A stretch of DNA of 40,846 nt from contig CBFGIY010000011.1 in the NCBI GenBank assembly GCA_965648935.1, positions 1 through 40,846 on the forward strand, in the 5' to 3' direction. The position numbers and the translations under genes were made by a program. Position 1 is the stretch's first letter. Every line of letters begins with the position of its first letter. The stretch comes from a candidate division WOR-3 bacterium. Its GTDB lineage: Bacteria; Hydrothermota; Tepidihabitantia; Tepidihabitantales; Tepidihabitantaceae. Of the stretch, positions 24,458-34,200 are shown in pieces. The notes under the pieces were generated by a model. The model was not told the DNA's origin and ran no database searches. It saw only the letters and a program-made list of their open reading frames with translations.

Positions 24458-26697
24458 CAGAATTTCACCTTCGCGCCCAGCGTGGGCAGTATCGGCAACT
24501 GAGAAATCTGCTTGCGCTCGGGCAAACCGTCCGGTCCGATCTCGTAGTAATAGAGCAGGACGTTCCTGGCGTAGTAGACATTGGTGACATCCAGGAACAC
24601 CTCGACCCGTCCCCACCGCAGGTCCCAGCCCCGGCTCGCGCCGATGTCCAGCCGGTGATACAGCGGATAGCGGAACGCGTCGCGCGGTCCGTTTATGAAG
24701 CCCCAGGCCGGCTCCTCGGACGGCGGCTGGCCCGGTCGCTCCTGGTAGCGCCGGTAGAACCCGATGACTCCCGAGTAGGGCAGTCCAGTGCCCAGGGCCC
24801 AGCGCGCCGACAGGTCGATGCCCCACACCGCCTGCGGCAGTGACAGGACGAGGTTGGCGTTGTGCCGTCGGTCGTAGTGCGGGTAGTAGCCTTCGCCGTT
24901 TGCGCTACGCCGGGTGTACTGGAACGAGTAGCTCAGCCAGCCATTGACGCGCCCCTCGGTGCGGCGCAGCAGCACGTCCGCTCCGACCGACCAGCCCTCG
25001 GCGTTGAGCAACGAATCGGGCTGGGTGAAGAAATCGCCGTACCGGGTCTCGAGCAGGTTGTCGTAGTCCTTGCCGTAGAGCTCGACCTGCGCCATCACGT
25101 CCCGTCGCAGCCAGCGCTCGACCCCGGCGACCAGGTGCCAGGCAGTCGGCAGCGGCTGGTGGTCCTGCACCGGCGCCCAGACATCGTATATCGACAGCAC
25201 GGCGTCGGTCGAGTTGAGCGTCACCATCGGCTGGGTGAATCGGCCGAACGCGCCGTTCACGGTCGCGTCCCCGGTCACGCGCCACTTGACGCCCAGCCGC
25301 GGCTCGGGCGACAGCCGCTCGCCCTTGGTGTAGTAGTTCAGCCGGAATCCGGGCTTGACAAACAGCCGGTCCTTGAGGGCCTCCCACTTATCCTCGACGT
25401 ACACGCCCAGCGGCCAGAGCGAGTCGGCCCGCGCGAACCCGACCGTATCGAACCCGAACGACACGTCCACCCGTGACCAGCGGCCGTCGAACCCGAAGTC
25501 GATCACGTGCCGGTCAGCCGGGAACCAGGTCAGGTCGGCCTTCAGCGCGCAGTCGGTCAGCCCGGTCTTGAACCGCGCGGTGTCGGTCTGGATGAAGCTG
25601 ACGTCGAAGTTCGAATAGAAGTCACTCCACGCCACCATCGCCTCGCCGTAGAGAATCGGCGTGAAGATGCTGTTCAGCCGGAGCGACACGCCCCGGTTGC
25701 CCCAGAGGAGCCTGGCGTTCAACGCGCCCGGGTTGGCCGGGTCGCGGAAGTTCAGCACATCCTCGGCCGACAGCGCGGCCAGGGTCAGCCTGGTGTCGTG
25801 CGACAGGTTGTAGTTCACCTTGCCGATGACGTCGTAGAAGTAGTAGCCCACGCCCTCAACCCCGAATATGTCCAGCAGGACATCGGGCAGGTAGGTGCGC
25901 CGGCCCGCCACGAGGAACGAGCCGTTCGGGATCGGTCCCTCGACCTGGGCCTTGGCCGCGATGAATGAAGCTGAGGCGTCGGCGGTCAGCCTCTTGGAGT
26001 TGCCCTCCTTCGTCGTTACGTCAAGCACCGACGACAGCCGCGTGCCGTACTTGGCCGGGAACCCGCCGGCCAGCAGGGTAACGCCCGACACCGCCTCCGG
26101 GATGAAAGGCGAGAACAGCCCGAACAGGTGCGAAGGGTTGTACACAGTGATGCCGTCAAGAAGCACGAGGTTCTGGTCAGGCGATCCGCCGCGTATGTAG
26201 AGCCGGTTCGAGAAGTCCGACGTCGTCACCACGCCGGGCAGCAGCTGCACCGTGCGGAACAGGTCGACCTCGCCGCCGACCCGAGGAATCGACAGTATCT
26301 GGCGCGTGTCCAGCCGCACCGCCGACACCTCGACCTCGCGCTCGAACCGCGCCCGTTCCGCGGTCACCTTCACCTCGCCGAGCTGCACTCGCGCCGGTTT
26401 GAGCTGGATGTCGACGGTCAGGGTCCGGTCGGCCGCGACCGTCACGACGCTCTGCCAGTCCTCGTACCCGACATACGAGGCCTTCAGGGTCTGCCGTCCC
26501 GGCGGCACGCGGCCGATGTAGTAGTAGCCCTTCTCGGCGGATGCCGTGCCCAGCTCGGTGCCCTCCAGGTAGACGTTGGCGAAGCCCAGCGGCTCGCCGT
26601 TCGTCGCATCCCTGACAAAACCGTTGATGCTACCGGTCTGGGCCGCGGCCGCGGCGCACAATGCCGCGAACAGCACCACCGCGCAGACCCGGTTCAC
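24457..26697 (-). CDS. TonB-dependent receptor with N-terminal carboxypeptidase-regulatory-like domain
   Basis: Signal peptide, GFVRDATNGEPL..ANV, plug LLPGV..IRGGSPDQNLVLLDG, GGFPAKYG, and barrel ending ..YHRLD..NVY..LGAKVKF. Confidence 0.92.
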   Translation of the reverse strand: MNRVCAVVLFAALCAAAAAQTGSINGFVRDATNGEPLGFANVYLEGTELGTASAEKGYYYIGRVPPGRQTLKASYVGYEDWQSVVTVAADRTLTVDIQLKPARVQLGEVKVTAERARFEREVEVSAVRLDTRQILSIPRVGGEVDLFRTVQLLPGVVTTSDFSNRLYIRGGSPDQNLVLLDGITVYNPSHLFGLFSPFIPEAVSGVTLLAGGFPAKYGTRLSSVLDVTTKEGNSKRLTADASASFIAAKAQVEGPIPNGSFLVAGRRTYLPDVLLDIFGVEGVGYYFYDVIGKVNYNLSHDTRLTLAALSAEDVLNFRDPANPGALNARLLWGNRGVSLRLNSIFTPILYGEAMVAWSDFYSNFDVSFIQTDTARFKTGLTDCALKADLTWFPADRHVIDFGFDGRWSRVDVSFGFDTVGFARADSLWPLGVYVEDKWEALKDRLFVKPGFRLNYYTKGERLSPEPRLGVKWRVTGDATVNGAFGRFTQPMVTLNSTDAVLSIYDVWAPVQDHQPLPTAWHLVAGVERWLRRDVMAQVELYGKDYDNLLETRYGDFFTQPDSLLNAEGWSVGADVLLRRTEGRVNGWLSYSFQYTRRSANGEGYYPHYDRRHNANLVLSLPQAVWGIDLSARWALGTGLPYSGVIGFYRRYQERPGQPPSEEPAWGFINGPRDAFRYPLYHRLDIGASRGWDLRWGRVEVFLDVTNVYYARNVLLYYYEIGPDGLPERKQISQLPILPTLGAKVKF

Positions 26698-26703
26698 TCT
26701 TGA

Positions 26704-27273
26704 CTAGCTCTCTCTGAGCGACTTGGCCAGCTTGCGCCCGAACGCCACGGCCGCGGCGCGGATGGCGGCGTTGTCGGTCAGACGCTTCCCGTCCGGGCAG
26801 TTGGCCACGACATGCTCGCCCAGATGCTTTATCCCGGCATAGCGGGCCAGCCGTCGGAACATCTGCACCGCAAGATCCGCGCCGTCATAGTGGTCTCCGC
26901 CCGCGGTCAGCACCAGCGCCCACTTCGCGCCCTTCAGCAGGTCCTCGCCGGTCAGCAACGCGAAACAGCGGTCCAGCGTGGTCTTGACGACCCCGGTCAC
27001 GCTCCAGCAGAACACCGGGCTTGTCCACACCACAAGGTCGGCGTCGACGATCAGGTCGTACAGCTCGGGCATATCGTCGTCGGCCTGAGAGCACCCGGCC
27101 CCGGTCTTGCACTTGGCGCAACTGAAGCACTCCTGGCACTCGTGAATCGCCTTCTCCATCAGTCGAACCCGGTTCACCTTCACGCCCCGGCCCAGCCCGG
27201 CAATGACCCAGTCGGCAATCTGGCTCGTGTTGCCGACGCGCGGGCTGCCTTCCAGAAACAGAACATGCTGCAT
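26704..27273 (-). CDS. Iron-sulfur flavoprotein / multimeric flavodoxin family
   Basis: GSPRVGNT, CQECFSC..GC, DDM..Y, SPVF and DR motifs; GAGGAG RBS; promoter TTGACC-16-TAGCAT at 27323-27350. Confidence 0.88.
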   Translation of the reverse strand: MQHVLFLEGSPRVGNTSQIADWVIAGLGRGVKVNRVRLMEKAIHECQECFSCAKCKTGAGCSQADDDMPELYDLIVDADLVVWTSPVFCWSVTGVVKTTLDRCFALLTGEDLLKGAKWALVLTAGGDHYDGADLAVQMFRRLARYAGIKHLGEHVVANCPDGKRLTDNAAIRAAAVAFGRKLAKSLRES

Positions 27274-27548
27274 TTCATCTCCTCTGCGGTTGCTCGATTG
27301 CGGACTGACCGGACAGGGTTAGATGCTAACCGTCCAATCGCGCCGGTCAACTGGCCTCAGTCGTGCGGCAACCCTGCCCGCTTCCGCTGCGTCACATCGT
27401 ATTGACCGGTGGGCGGAATTGGCACGTTGGCCTCTGCCTCTGCCCGCCCATACCATTCCTCTGCATCTCCAGCCTCAGACCGCCCGGCTGCCGGGCGGTC
27501 TTCTCTTTCGGTCATTGACGCACGCAACCTGCAAGGTAAGCTCAACCC

Positions 27549-28829
27549 GTGAAGCGTGCTGCCACGCGCGTTGCCAGCGCCCTGCTGGCGCTCTTGTTGC
27601 TTGCCGCGGCCGCGTGCGCGCCGGGCCGGGTTCGGGCCGAGGAACGCACCGAGCTGATCAATGGTCGCTGCGCCCCGGGCTTCGAGCCGGTCGCCGACGA
27701 GTTCGTCCGCAACTTCGAGCGGCGCGGCGAGTACGGCGCCGCGGTCGCGGTGTTCCATCACGGCCGCAAGGTGGTCGACCTCTGGGGCGGCTACAGCGAC
27801 ATCCGCGCGCGCGAACCCTGGGACCGCAACACGCTGGTTCTGGTCTTTTCCACAACCAAAGGGATGGCCGCGCTCTGCGCCGCAGTTGCCCACTCGCGCG
27901 GCTGGCTTGACTACGACGCGCCAGTCGCCCGGTACTGGCCCGAGTTCGCCCAGAACGGCAAAGACAGCATCACCGTGCGCGAGCTGCTCGCCCACGAAGC
28001 CGGACTGCCCGTGCTCGACACAGCGCTGCGCACGCGCGACCTTGCCGACCTTGACGCGCTCGCCCCGGTACTGGCCCGGCAGCGGCCAATCTGGCCGCCG
28101 GGCGAACGCCACGGCTACCACGCGGTCACGCTCGGGCTCTATCTCAACGAACTCATCCGACGCACCGACCCGGATGGCCGCTCGCTCGGCCGCTTCCTCC
28201 AGGAGGAAATCTGCGGCCCGCTCGGCGTCGAGTTCTACATCGGCCTGCCCGACACGGTTCCGGACGAGCGCATCGCCCGCTTCACCTTCGGCCCGATTCT
28301 GCCGCTGCTGCTGCGTGCGCCGCCCCGCCGATTGCGCGCCTTTCTCTCGCCGCGCACCCTCATCAGCCGCGCCGGCAGCATCCCGGTCGACACCCGGCGC
28401 GCCGGCCGCGCCTACTACGCAATCGAGGCGCCATCGGTCAACGGCATCGGCACTGCCCGCGCCCTGGCCGCGGCCTACAGCGCGGCAATCGAACTGGACC
28501 CGCGTCTCGGCATCACCCGCACCACGCTCGAACTGCTCAAAGCCCCTGCCGGCCTGCCCCCGGCCGGGCCGCGGGATACGGTCGCCGGTATCGACACTTG
28601 GTACTCGCTCGGCTTCTCCAAACCCGGCGACGACCGTTGGTTCGGCTCCAGCCAGAGCGCGTTCGGCACGGCCGGCCTGGGCGGCTCCATCGCGTTCGCC
28701 GACCCGGACCGCGGCATTGCCTTCGCCTACACGCCCAATCGCGCGGTCTTCGGCTCCTCGGTTGACCCGCGCGCCGACGCGCTGATCAGGGCCGTGTACG
28801 CCTGCCTCGACTCCCTTGACGCGCCCTGA
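27549..28829 (+). CDS. Secreted serine hydrolase, beta-lactamase/EstA-like family
   Basis: Signal peptide, VVDLWGG, FSTTK (SxxK), YWPEFAQNGK, LLAHEAGL, GYHA and GLGGS.AFADP motifs; promoter TTGACG-16-TAAGCT-6nt-GTG. Confidence 0.9.
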   Translation: MKRAATRVASALLALLLLAAAACAPGRVRAEERTELINGRCAPGFEPVADEFVRNFERRGEYGAAVAVFHHGRKVVDLWGGYSDIRAREPWDRNTLVLVFSTTKGMAALCAAVAHSRGWLDYDAPVARYWPEFAQNGKDSITVRELLAHEAGLPVLDTALRTRDLADLDALAPVLARQRPIWPPGERHGYHAVTLGLYLNELIRRTDPDGRSLGRFLQEEICGPLGVEFYIGLPDTVPDERIARFTFGPILPLLLRAPPRRLRAFLSPRTLISRAGSIPVDTRRAGRAYYAIEAPSVNGIGTARALAAAYSAAIELDPRLGITRTTLELLKAPAGLPPAGPRDTVAGIDTWYSLGFSKPGDDRWFGSSQSAFGTAGLGGSIAFADPDRGIAFAYTPNRAVFGSSVDPRADALIRAVYACLDSLDAP

Positions 28830-29838
28830 CCCGCGCTTCCCGATTCTGCTCGGCCCGACGCTCGTGCCGGCAGAGGCATTGACCGCTCTCGCCGGCCGGC
28901 ACTGCCCCGCGACCGACGGCCTCGCCCGGCTCGAACCGGGCACGACCCTGTTCAGCGACCGCAACCCGGTCCTGCCCGGCCTTGGCTTCTGCGACCCGCA
29001 CGCCCGGGTCGCGCCTGATGGCCGCCTCCTTGTCTACGCCACGCACGATGACACGCCGGCGAACTCCGACTACACGATGCGCGACTGGTGGGTCTGGTCG
29101 ACGCGCGACCTTGTCCATTGGACCTTCGAGGGCGCGCTCCGGCCCGAACACACCGCCATCGCTGTTGCGTCCGCGTCCTGCTGGGCGACCGACGCCCTGC
29201 TGGCCGACAATCAAGCCTGGTGGTATCTCTCGGACGGCCCGCGCCGCATCCGCGCGATGCACGGCGCGAGTCCGACCGGCCCCTGGCGCGACGGCAGTCC
29301 CCGGCCGCTGGTCGCCGAAACCGACCTCCCTGTCCAGTCACGCGACCCCGCCGTATTCACCGACTCCGACGGTTCCGAATGGCTCGTGTTCGGCACCTGG
29401 GACTTCTACATCGCCCGCCTCGCCGCGGACCGAACCTCCTTCGCCGCACCGCCCAGACGACTCGAAATCCGCGACCCGCAGGGGCCTTACGGCCCGGGCC
29501 GCACCGACGACAAACCCTGCCTGCACTCCCGCGACGGCTGGTACTACCTGACCTGGGGCTGCTTCGCCGCCCGATCACGCACGCTTGCCGGACCCTACGA
29601 CTGCGACGGCCCGTTCTTCAACCCGGTTCGGGCCGAGCCGCCGCTGGCCCGGCCCGAGGGCTTCCTGCTCGACCGCCACGGCTCGTTCTTTGATTTCCTC
29701 GGCCGCCACTGGTTCATCGCCAACGACTTCAGCCGCGGCGGCGCGACTCCGCACTTCCGCGACAGCATTGTCGTGCCGATTGAATACCTCCCTGACGGCC
29801 GAATCGCTCCGCCTGCGCTCCGCGCATCGTACCTCTAG
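28816..29838 (+). CDS. GH43-like five-bladed glycoside hydrolase (start uncertain)
   Basis: NPVLPG..DP, WSTRDLVHW, WATD, PTGPW, DPAVFTDSDG and HGS motifs. Confidence 0.75.
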   Translation: MTRPDPRFPILLGPTLVPAEALTALAGRHCPATDGLARLEPGTTLFSDRNPVLPGLGFCDPHARVAPDGRLLVYATHDDTPANSDYTMRDWWVWSTRDLVHWTFEGALRPEHTAIAVASASCWATDALLADNQAWWYLSDGPRRIRAMHGASPTGPWRDGSPRPLVAETDLPVQSRDPAVFTDSDGSEWLVFGTWDFYIARLAADRTSFAAPPRRLEIRDPQGPYGPGRTDDKPCLHSRDGWYYLTWGCFAARSRTLAGPYDCDGPFFNPVRAEPPLARPEGFLLDRHGSFFDFLGRHWFIANDFSRGGATPHFRDSIVVPIEYLPDGRIAPPALRASYL

Positions 29839-29959
29839 CCCTGTCGTGCCCGGTAGGCCGGGACCGGCCCGCGTCCATCTCCTTTTCTCCACCTCGCCGG
29901 CCGCCCCGTCTCCTGCTTCGCTTGCTTGACTTCTCCTCTCCCGCCACTAGCCTGACCCG

Positions 29960-31129
29960 ATGGACGAACTCAGACTTCGCTACGGCATCAACCCGCACCA
30001 GGTCCCGGCCCGCGCGCTTGTCGAATCGGGCAGGCTGCCGTTCCGCGTACTCAACGCCGCGCCCGGCTACATCAACCTGCTCGACGCGCTCAACTCCTGG
30101 CAGCTCGTGCGCGAACTCAGGAGCCTTGCCGGACTGCCGGCCGCGGCCAGCTTCAAGCATGCCAGCCCGGCCGGCTGCGCGGTCGGCCGAGCGCTTTCGC
30201 CCGAACTCGCCGAGTCGCTCTTCGTCAAACCCGCCGACCTCTCGCCCCTCGCCCTCGCCTATGCCCGGGCGCGCGGCGCGGACCGGATGTCGTCTTTCGG
30301 GGACTGGGCCGCGCTCTCCGACCCCGTCGACGAGCCGACCGCCCGCATCATCTCCCGCGAAGTCTCGGACGGCTGCATCGCCCCGGGCTACGAACCGGCC
30401 GCGCTCGAACTGCTGAAGAAGAAGAAGGGCGGCAAGTACCCGGTGCTGGAAGTCGACCCCGGCTATTCGCCCGGCCCCATGGAAACTCGCGAGGTCTTCG
30501 GTGTGCGCCTCGAACAGGCCCGCAACACCGCGACAATCGGCCCGGACCTGCTTGCCAATACCGTAACGCGCAACAAGACGATTCCCGAATCGGCCCGGCT
30601 CGACATGCTCATCGCCACGCTCTGCCTCAAGTACACGCAGTCCAACTCGGTCTGCCTCGCGTGGGACGGAAACGTCATCGGGGTCGGCGCGGGCCAGCAG
30701 TCCCGAGTCCACTGCACCCGCCTCGCCTGCGCCAAGGCCGACAAGTGGCTGTTGCGCCTGCACCCGAGAGTCCGCAACCTCGCCTTCAGGAAAGAACTCA
30801 CCCGCTCGGACAAGGCCACGGCCATCGACCTGTATCTCGAAGAAGACGCTACCGAGGCCGAACTGGCGGCCTGGCGCGCTAACTTCACCGCCGTGCCCGA
30901 ACCCCTGACGGCCGACGAGAAGCGCGACTGGCTCAGCCGCTACACCGAGATTGCGCTGTCGTCCGACGCCTTCATCCCGTTCCGTGACAACATCGACCGC
31001 GCGGCCCGATCCGGTGTCAGATACGTCGTCCAGACCGGCGGGTCCACGCGCGACGCCGACGTCATCGCCGCGGCCGACGAATACGGGATGGTGATGGCCT
31101 TCACCGGGCTGCGCCTGTTCCACCACTAG
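29960..31129 (+). CDS. purH: AICAR transformylase, stand-alone (no IMP cyclohydrolase domain), 389 aa
   Basis: LRYGINPHQ, YINLLDA, FKHASPAG, DRMSSFGD, KYTQSNSV, GAGQQSR, SDAFIPF.D, QTGGS and RLFHH motifs; promoter TTGACT-16-TAGCCT-6nt-ATG. Confidence 0.88.
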   Translation: MDELRLRYGINPHQVPARALVESGRLPFRVLNAAPGYINLLDALNSWQLVRELRSLAGLPAAASFKHASPAGCAVGRALSPELAESLFVKPADLSPLALAYARARGADRMSSFGDWAALSDPVDEPTARIISREVSDGCIAPGYEPAALELLKKKKGGKYPVLEVDPGYSPGPMETREVFGVRLEQARNTATIGPDLLANTVTRNKTIPESARLDMLIATLCLKYTQSNSVCLAWDGNVIGVGAGQQSRVHCTRLACAKADKWLLRLHPRVRNLAFRKELTRSDKATAIDLYLEEDATEAELAAWRANFTAVPEPLTADEKRDWLSRYTEIALSSDAFIPFRDNIDRAARSGVRYVVQTGGSTRDADVIAAADEYGMVMAFTGLRLFHH

Positions 31130-31158
31130 CCGACTTCCGGTCCGGCTCTTCACCGCCT

Positions 31159-31217
31159 TTGACCCACCGGCGCGTCAGCGCTATGATTCGTTCAGGTCTT
31201 GCTGTCGCAACAGGAGG
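31159..31217 (+). promoter_or_regulatory. Promoter and RBS for the large secreted protein
   Basis: TTGACC-17-TATGAT; AGGAGG before ATG 31222. Confidence 0.65.
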
Positions 31218-31221
31218 AAGC

Positions 31222-34200
31222 ATGCTTGCTGCAGTAGTGCTGTGCGCTGTCGCGCTGTCTGCCGCCGTTCCGGAACCGCCCGTCGCAAAACCTGCAGACC
31301 CTCTTGGCCTGCAGACAGAGGCCTCGCGACCGACTCGTACGCGACGGCTTGCCGGCCGCGCTCCAGAGACCCGGCGCGGCGGCGCGAATCTGGCCCGCCC
31401 GCTTGCCGGCGAATTCCTTGTTGACCGCAATACCACCTACGGCCCGGCCCATCTCCACCAGTTTCTCCCGGCGGTCGCCACCGACGGCACGAATTACCTT
31501 GTCGTCTGGGTGGACGATGCGCGCGACTACCCGATGCTGCGGGCCACGCTCTTCTCGCGCTCGGGCCGGCTTCTTGATTCCATCGGCTTCCTCCTGCCGA
31601 GCGACGCGGACGGCGAGGCGGGCATCGAAGGCTGCTGGCCGCCCAGTGCGACGTTCGACGGCACCAACTACATCGTGGCCTGGGGCGGCGTCCCGGCCGA
31701 GACCTCAGACCTCGCAGCCCTGGCCGTGCGCATCAGCCCGACCGGCACCCTGCTCGACTCCAGGCCCATCGTCGTGCACCGGCCCACAGAGCAGGTCATT
31801 CTCGTCAGCGCCTGCGCCGGCAACGGCAGCTCGCTCGTGGTCTGGGTTGACGACAACGGCGCGTGCTTCGGCGCCCGGCTCAGCGCCGCGGGAGCCGTGC
31901 TCGACCCGGGCGGCTTCCTCATCGCGCCGCGAGCGGCCGACGAGTTCCCCCTGCCGGTCGCGTTCAGCGGCGTGAACTGGCTGGTCGGACTGACCGTCTA
32001 TGACCCGTTCATCGGCCGGCACGAAATCGGCTTTGTCCGGGTCGGGCTCGACGGCGCCGTGCTTGACTCGATTCCGGTGCTGGTAACCTCAGACAGCGTC
32101 AACCAGTTCGAACCGGCGGTCAGCTTCGACGGCACGAATTACCTCATCGCCTGGCAGGATGAGCGCGACGAGGACAACGACTGGGAAATCTACGCCGCGC
32201 GCGTTTCTCCGGCCGGAGTCGTGCTCGACCCGGGCGGTTTCAGCGTCACCGCCGGGCTTGAGCACGAACAATTCTGCCCGGTGGCAACCTTCGACGGTGC
32301 CAGCCACATCGTCGCCTGGCTTGACGAAAACAACGAAGGTATGTTCGCTTCCCGCATCAGCCCGGCCGGTGTTGTGCTCGACTCGGGCGGCCGCACGCTG
32401 ATAACCCCGGCCCAGGCCGACAACGAAACCCGCTCGGCCATCGCCGGCTCGAACGGCCAGTGTCTCGCCGTCGCGGTGCAATGGCGCTATGATGCTGACC
32501 TGGTGGCGACGCGCATCGGGCCGGGTTTTGCGGTGCTTGACTCCCCGGCCCGAATCATCGCGTGGAGCGCCGCGGCTGATGACGAGCCTGCTCTGGCCGG
32601 CTCGCCCGACGGCTTCCTCTCTCTCTGGCGCACCAGACGCCGCGACGACTCGGCCCCGGCAGTCTATGCCGCGCGCATCACGCCGGCCGGGGTCGTGCTC
32701 GACCCGCAGGGCATCCCCGTTGCCCGGCGCAACCGCGGCGGCACCGAGTATCCGCGCGCGCTGTTTGACGGCCGCAACTGGCTCGTGCTCTACACCGACC
32801 GCAGCCTGCCGCAAATCTCGGTTGCGGCCGCCCGCGTCACCCCGGCCGGGACCGTTCTCGACCACGACGGCATCATACTGGGCGCGGGCAGTACCGGCGG
32901 AAACTTCGCCGCGGCAGTCGGTGACTCCAACGCTCTGGCGGTCTGGACCAACTGGGGCTGGCCCACCTCGTCAATCTGCTTCGGCCGCATCAGTCGTGAC
33001 GGGAACGCGCTCGACCCGAACGGCATCGTACTCGCCAGTGCCGGCAGTCTGTCCGGCGTCACCGTCGCCTACGGCGCCGGCACCTACCTCGTGCTCTGGA
33101 ACGACGGCTCCGGCCCGCGCTTCTGCCGCATTGCCGAGAACGGCACCGTGCTTGACCCCGGCGGCACCGAGCTCCCCGGCGCTCTCAGCTACCGGAGCAC
33201 CGGCGCGGTCAGCTTCGACGGCACCAACTTCGTTGTCGCCTGGGAAGGCGTCATCGAATCCGAGTGGCGCCGGGTCATACGCGGCACGCGTATCCCACGC
33301 TCGGGCCCGGTGCTTGACCCGGACGGCTTCCCGGTCTGCACTCTGGCCTTCGAGCAGCGGTTGCCCCGCTGCGCCTCTGCCCACGGCGTCACGCTCTTCA
33401 CCTGGATTTCCGGTGAGAACGGCAACGTCTATGCCTCCCGTGTCACGCCTTCGGGCCTTTCGCTCGACCCGGAGGGCGTTCGCATCTCCGACACAATGGT
33501 AATGCCCGATGATATGCACCTCCTCGCCGACGACGCCGGCTGGACCGCGGTCTGGAACCCTTTCTGGGGCGACTGGTTCCAGCGCCGGTATCTGGCCGCA
33601 CACCTGACTCCAGCCGGCGCAGTTGACACCAGCTTCGCCGTGACCTCGTCCGCCTACTGGCCGCATTTCCGGGCCGCGGCCGGCGCCGGTCAGACCGCGT
33701 TCGCCTGGGTGCGCCACACCCAGCAGATCGGCACCCGGCCGATCAACGCCGACCGCGTCTGGGCTCGGCTCTCCCGGCCCGCCGGCGGCGGCGCGGGCGG
33801 CTGGCAGGCCGGACCGCCCCTGCCTGGCCTCGGCGTGCGCGAAGGCGGCGCGCTCGCCGCATCGCCCGACGACGGCCGCACCTATGCGGTCAAGGGCGGC
33901 AAGGCTCTTGAGTTCTGGTCGGCTGACCCGCTCACCGGCTCCTGGCAGCAGATGCCCCCGGTACCGGCCGGCGAGAAGCCGCTCCACCGCGGGGCCGCGC
34001 TCGCGGCCGGCTCGGGTGAGGTGTTCCTGCTCAAAGGCAACAACACGCTCGAGTTCTGGCGTTACGGCGTCTCGACCGGCGAGTGGCAGCCCGCCGCGCC
34101 CGTTCCCCTGGGCGGGGGCAAGAAGGTCAAAGCCGGCGCGGCCCTGGCCCTTGCCAGTCGGCCAGATGGCGACTTTGTCTTTCTGCTCAAAGGCGCGAAC

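Noticed and set aside
27419..27440. Sigma54 promoter (TTGGCACG)
   Set aside because: There is no TTGC/GC at the -12 position, and a good sigma70-type promoter explains the downstream gene.
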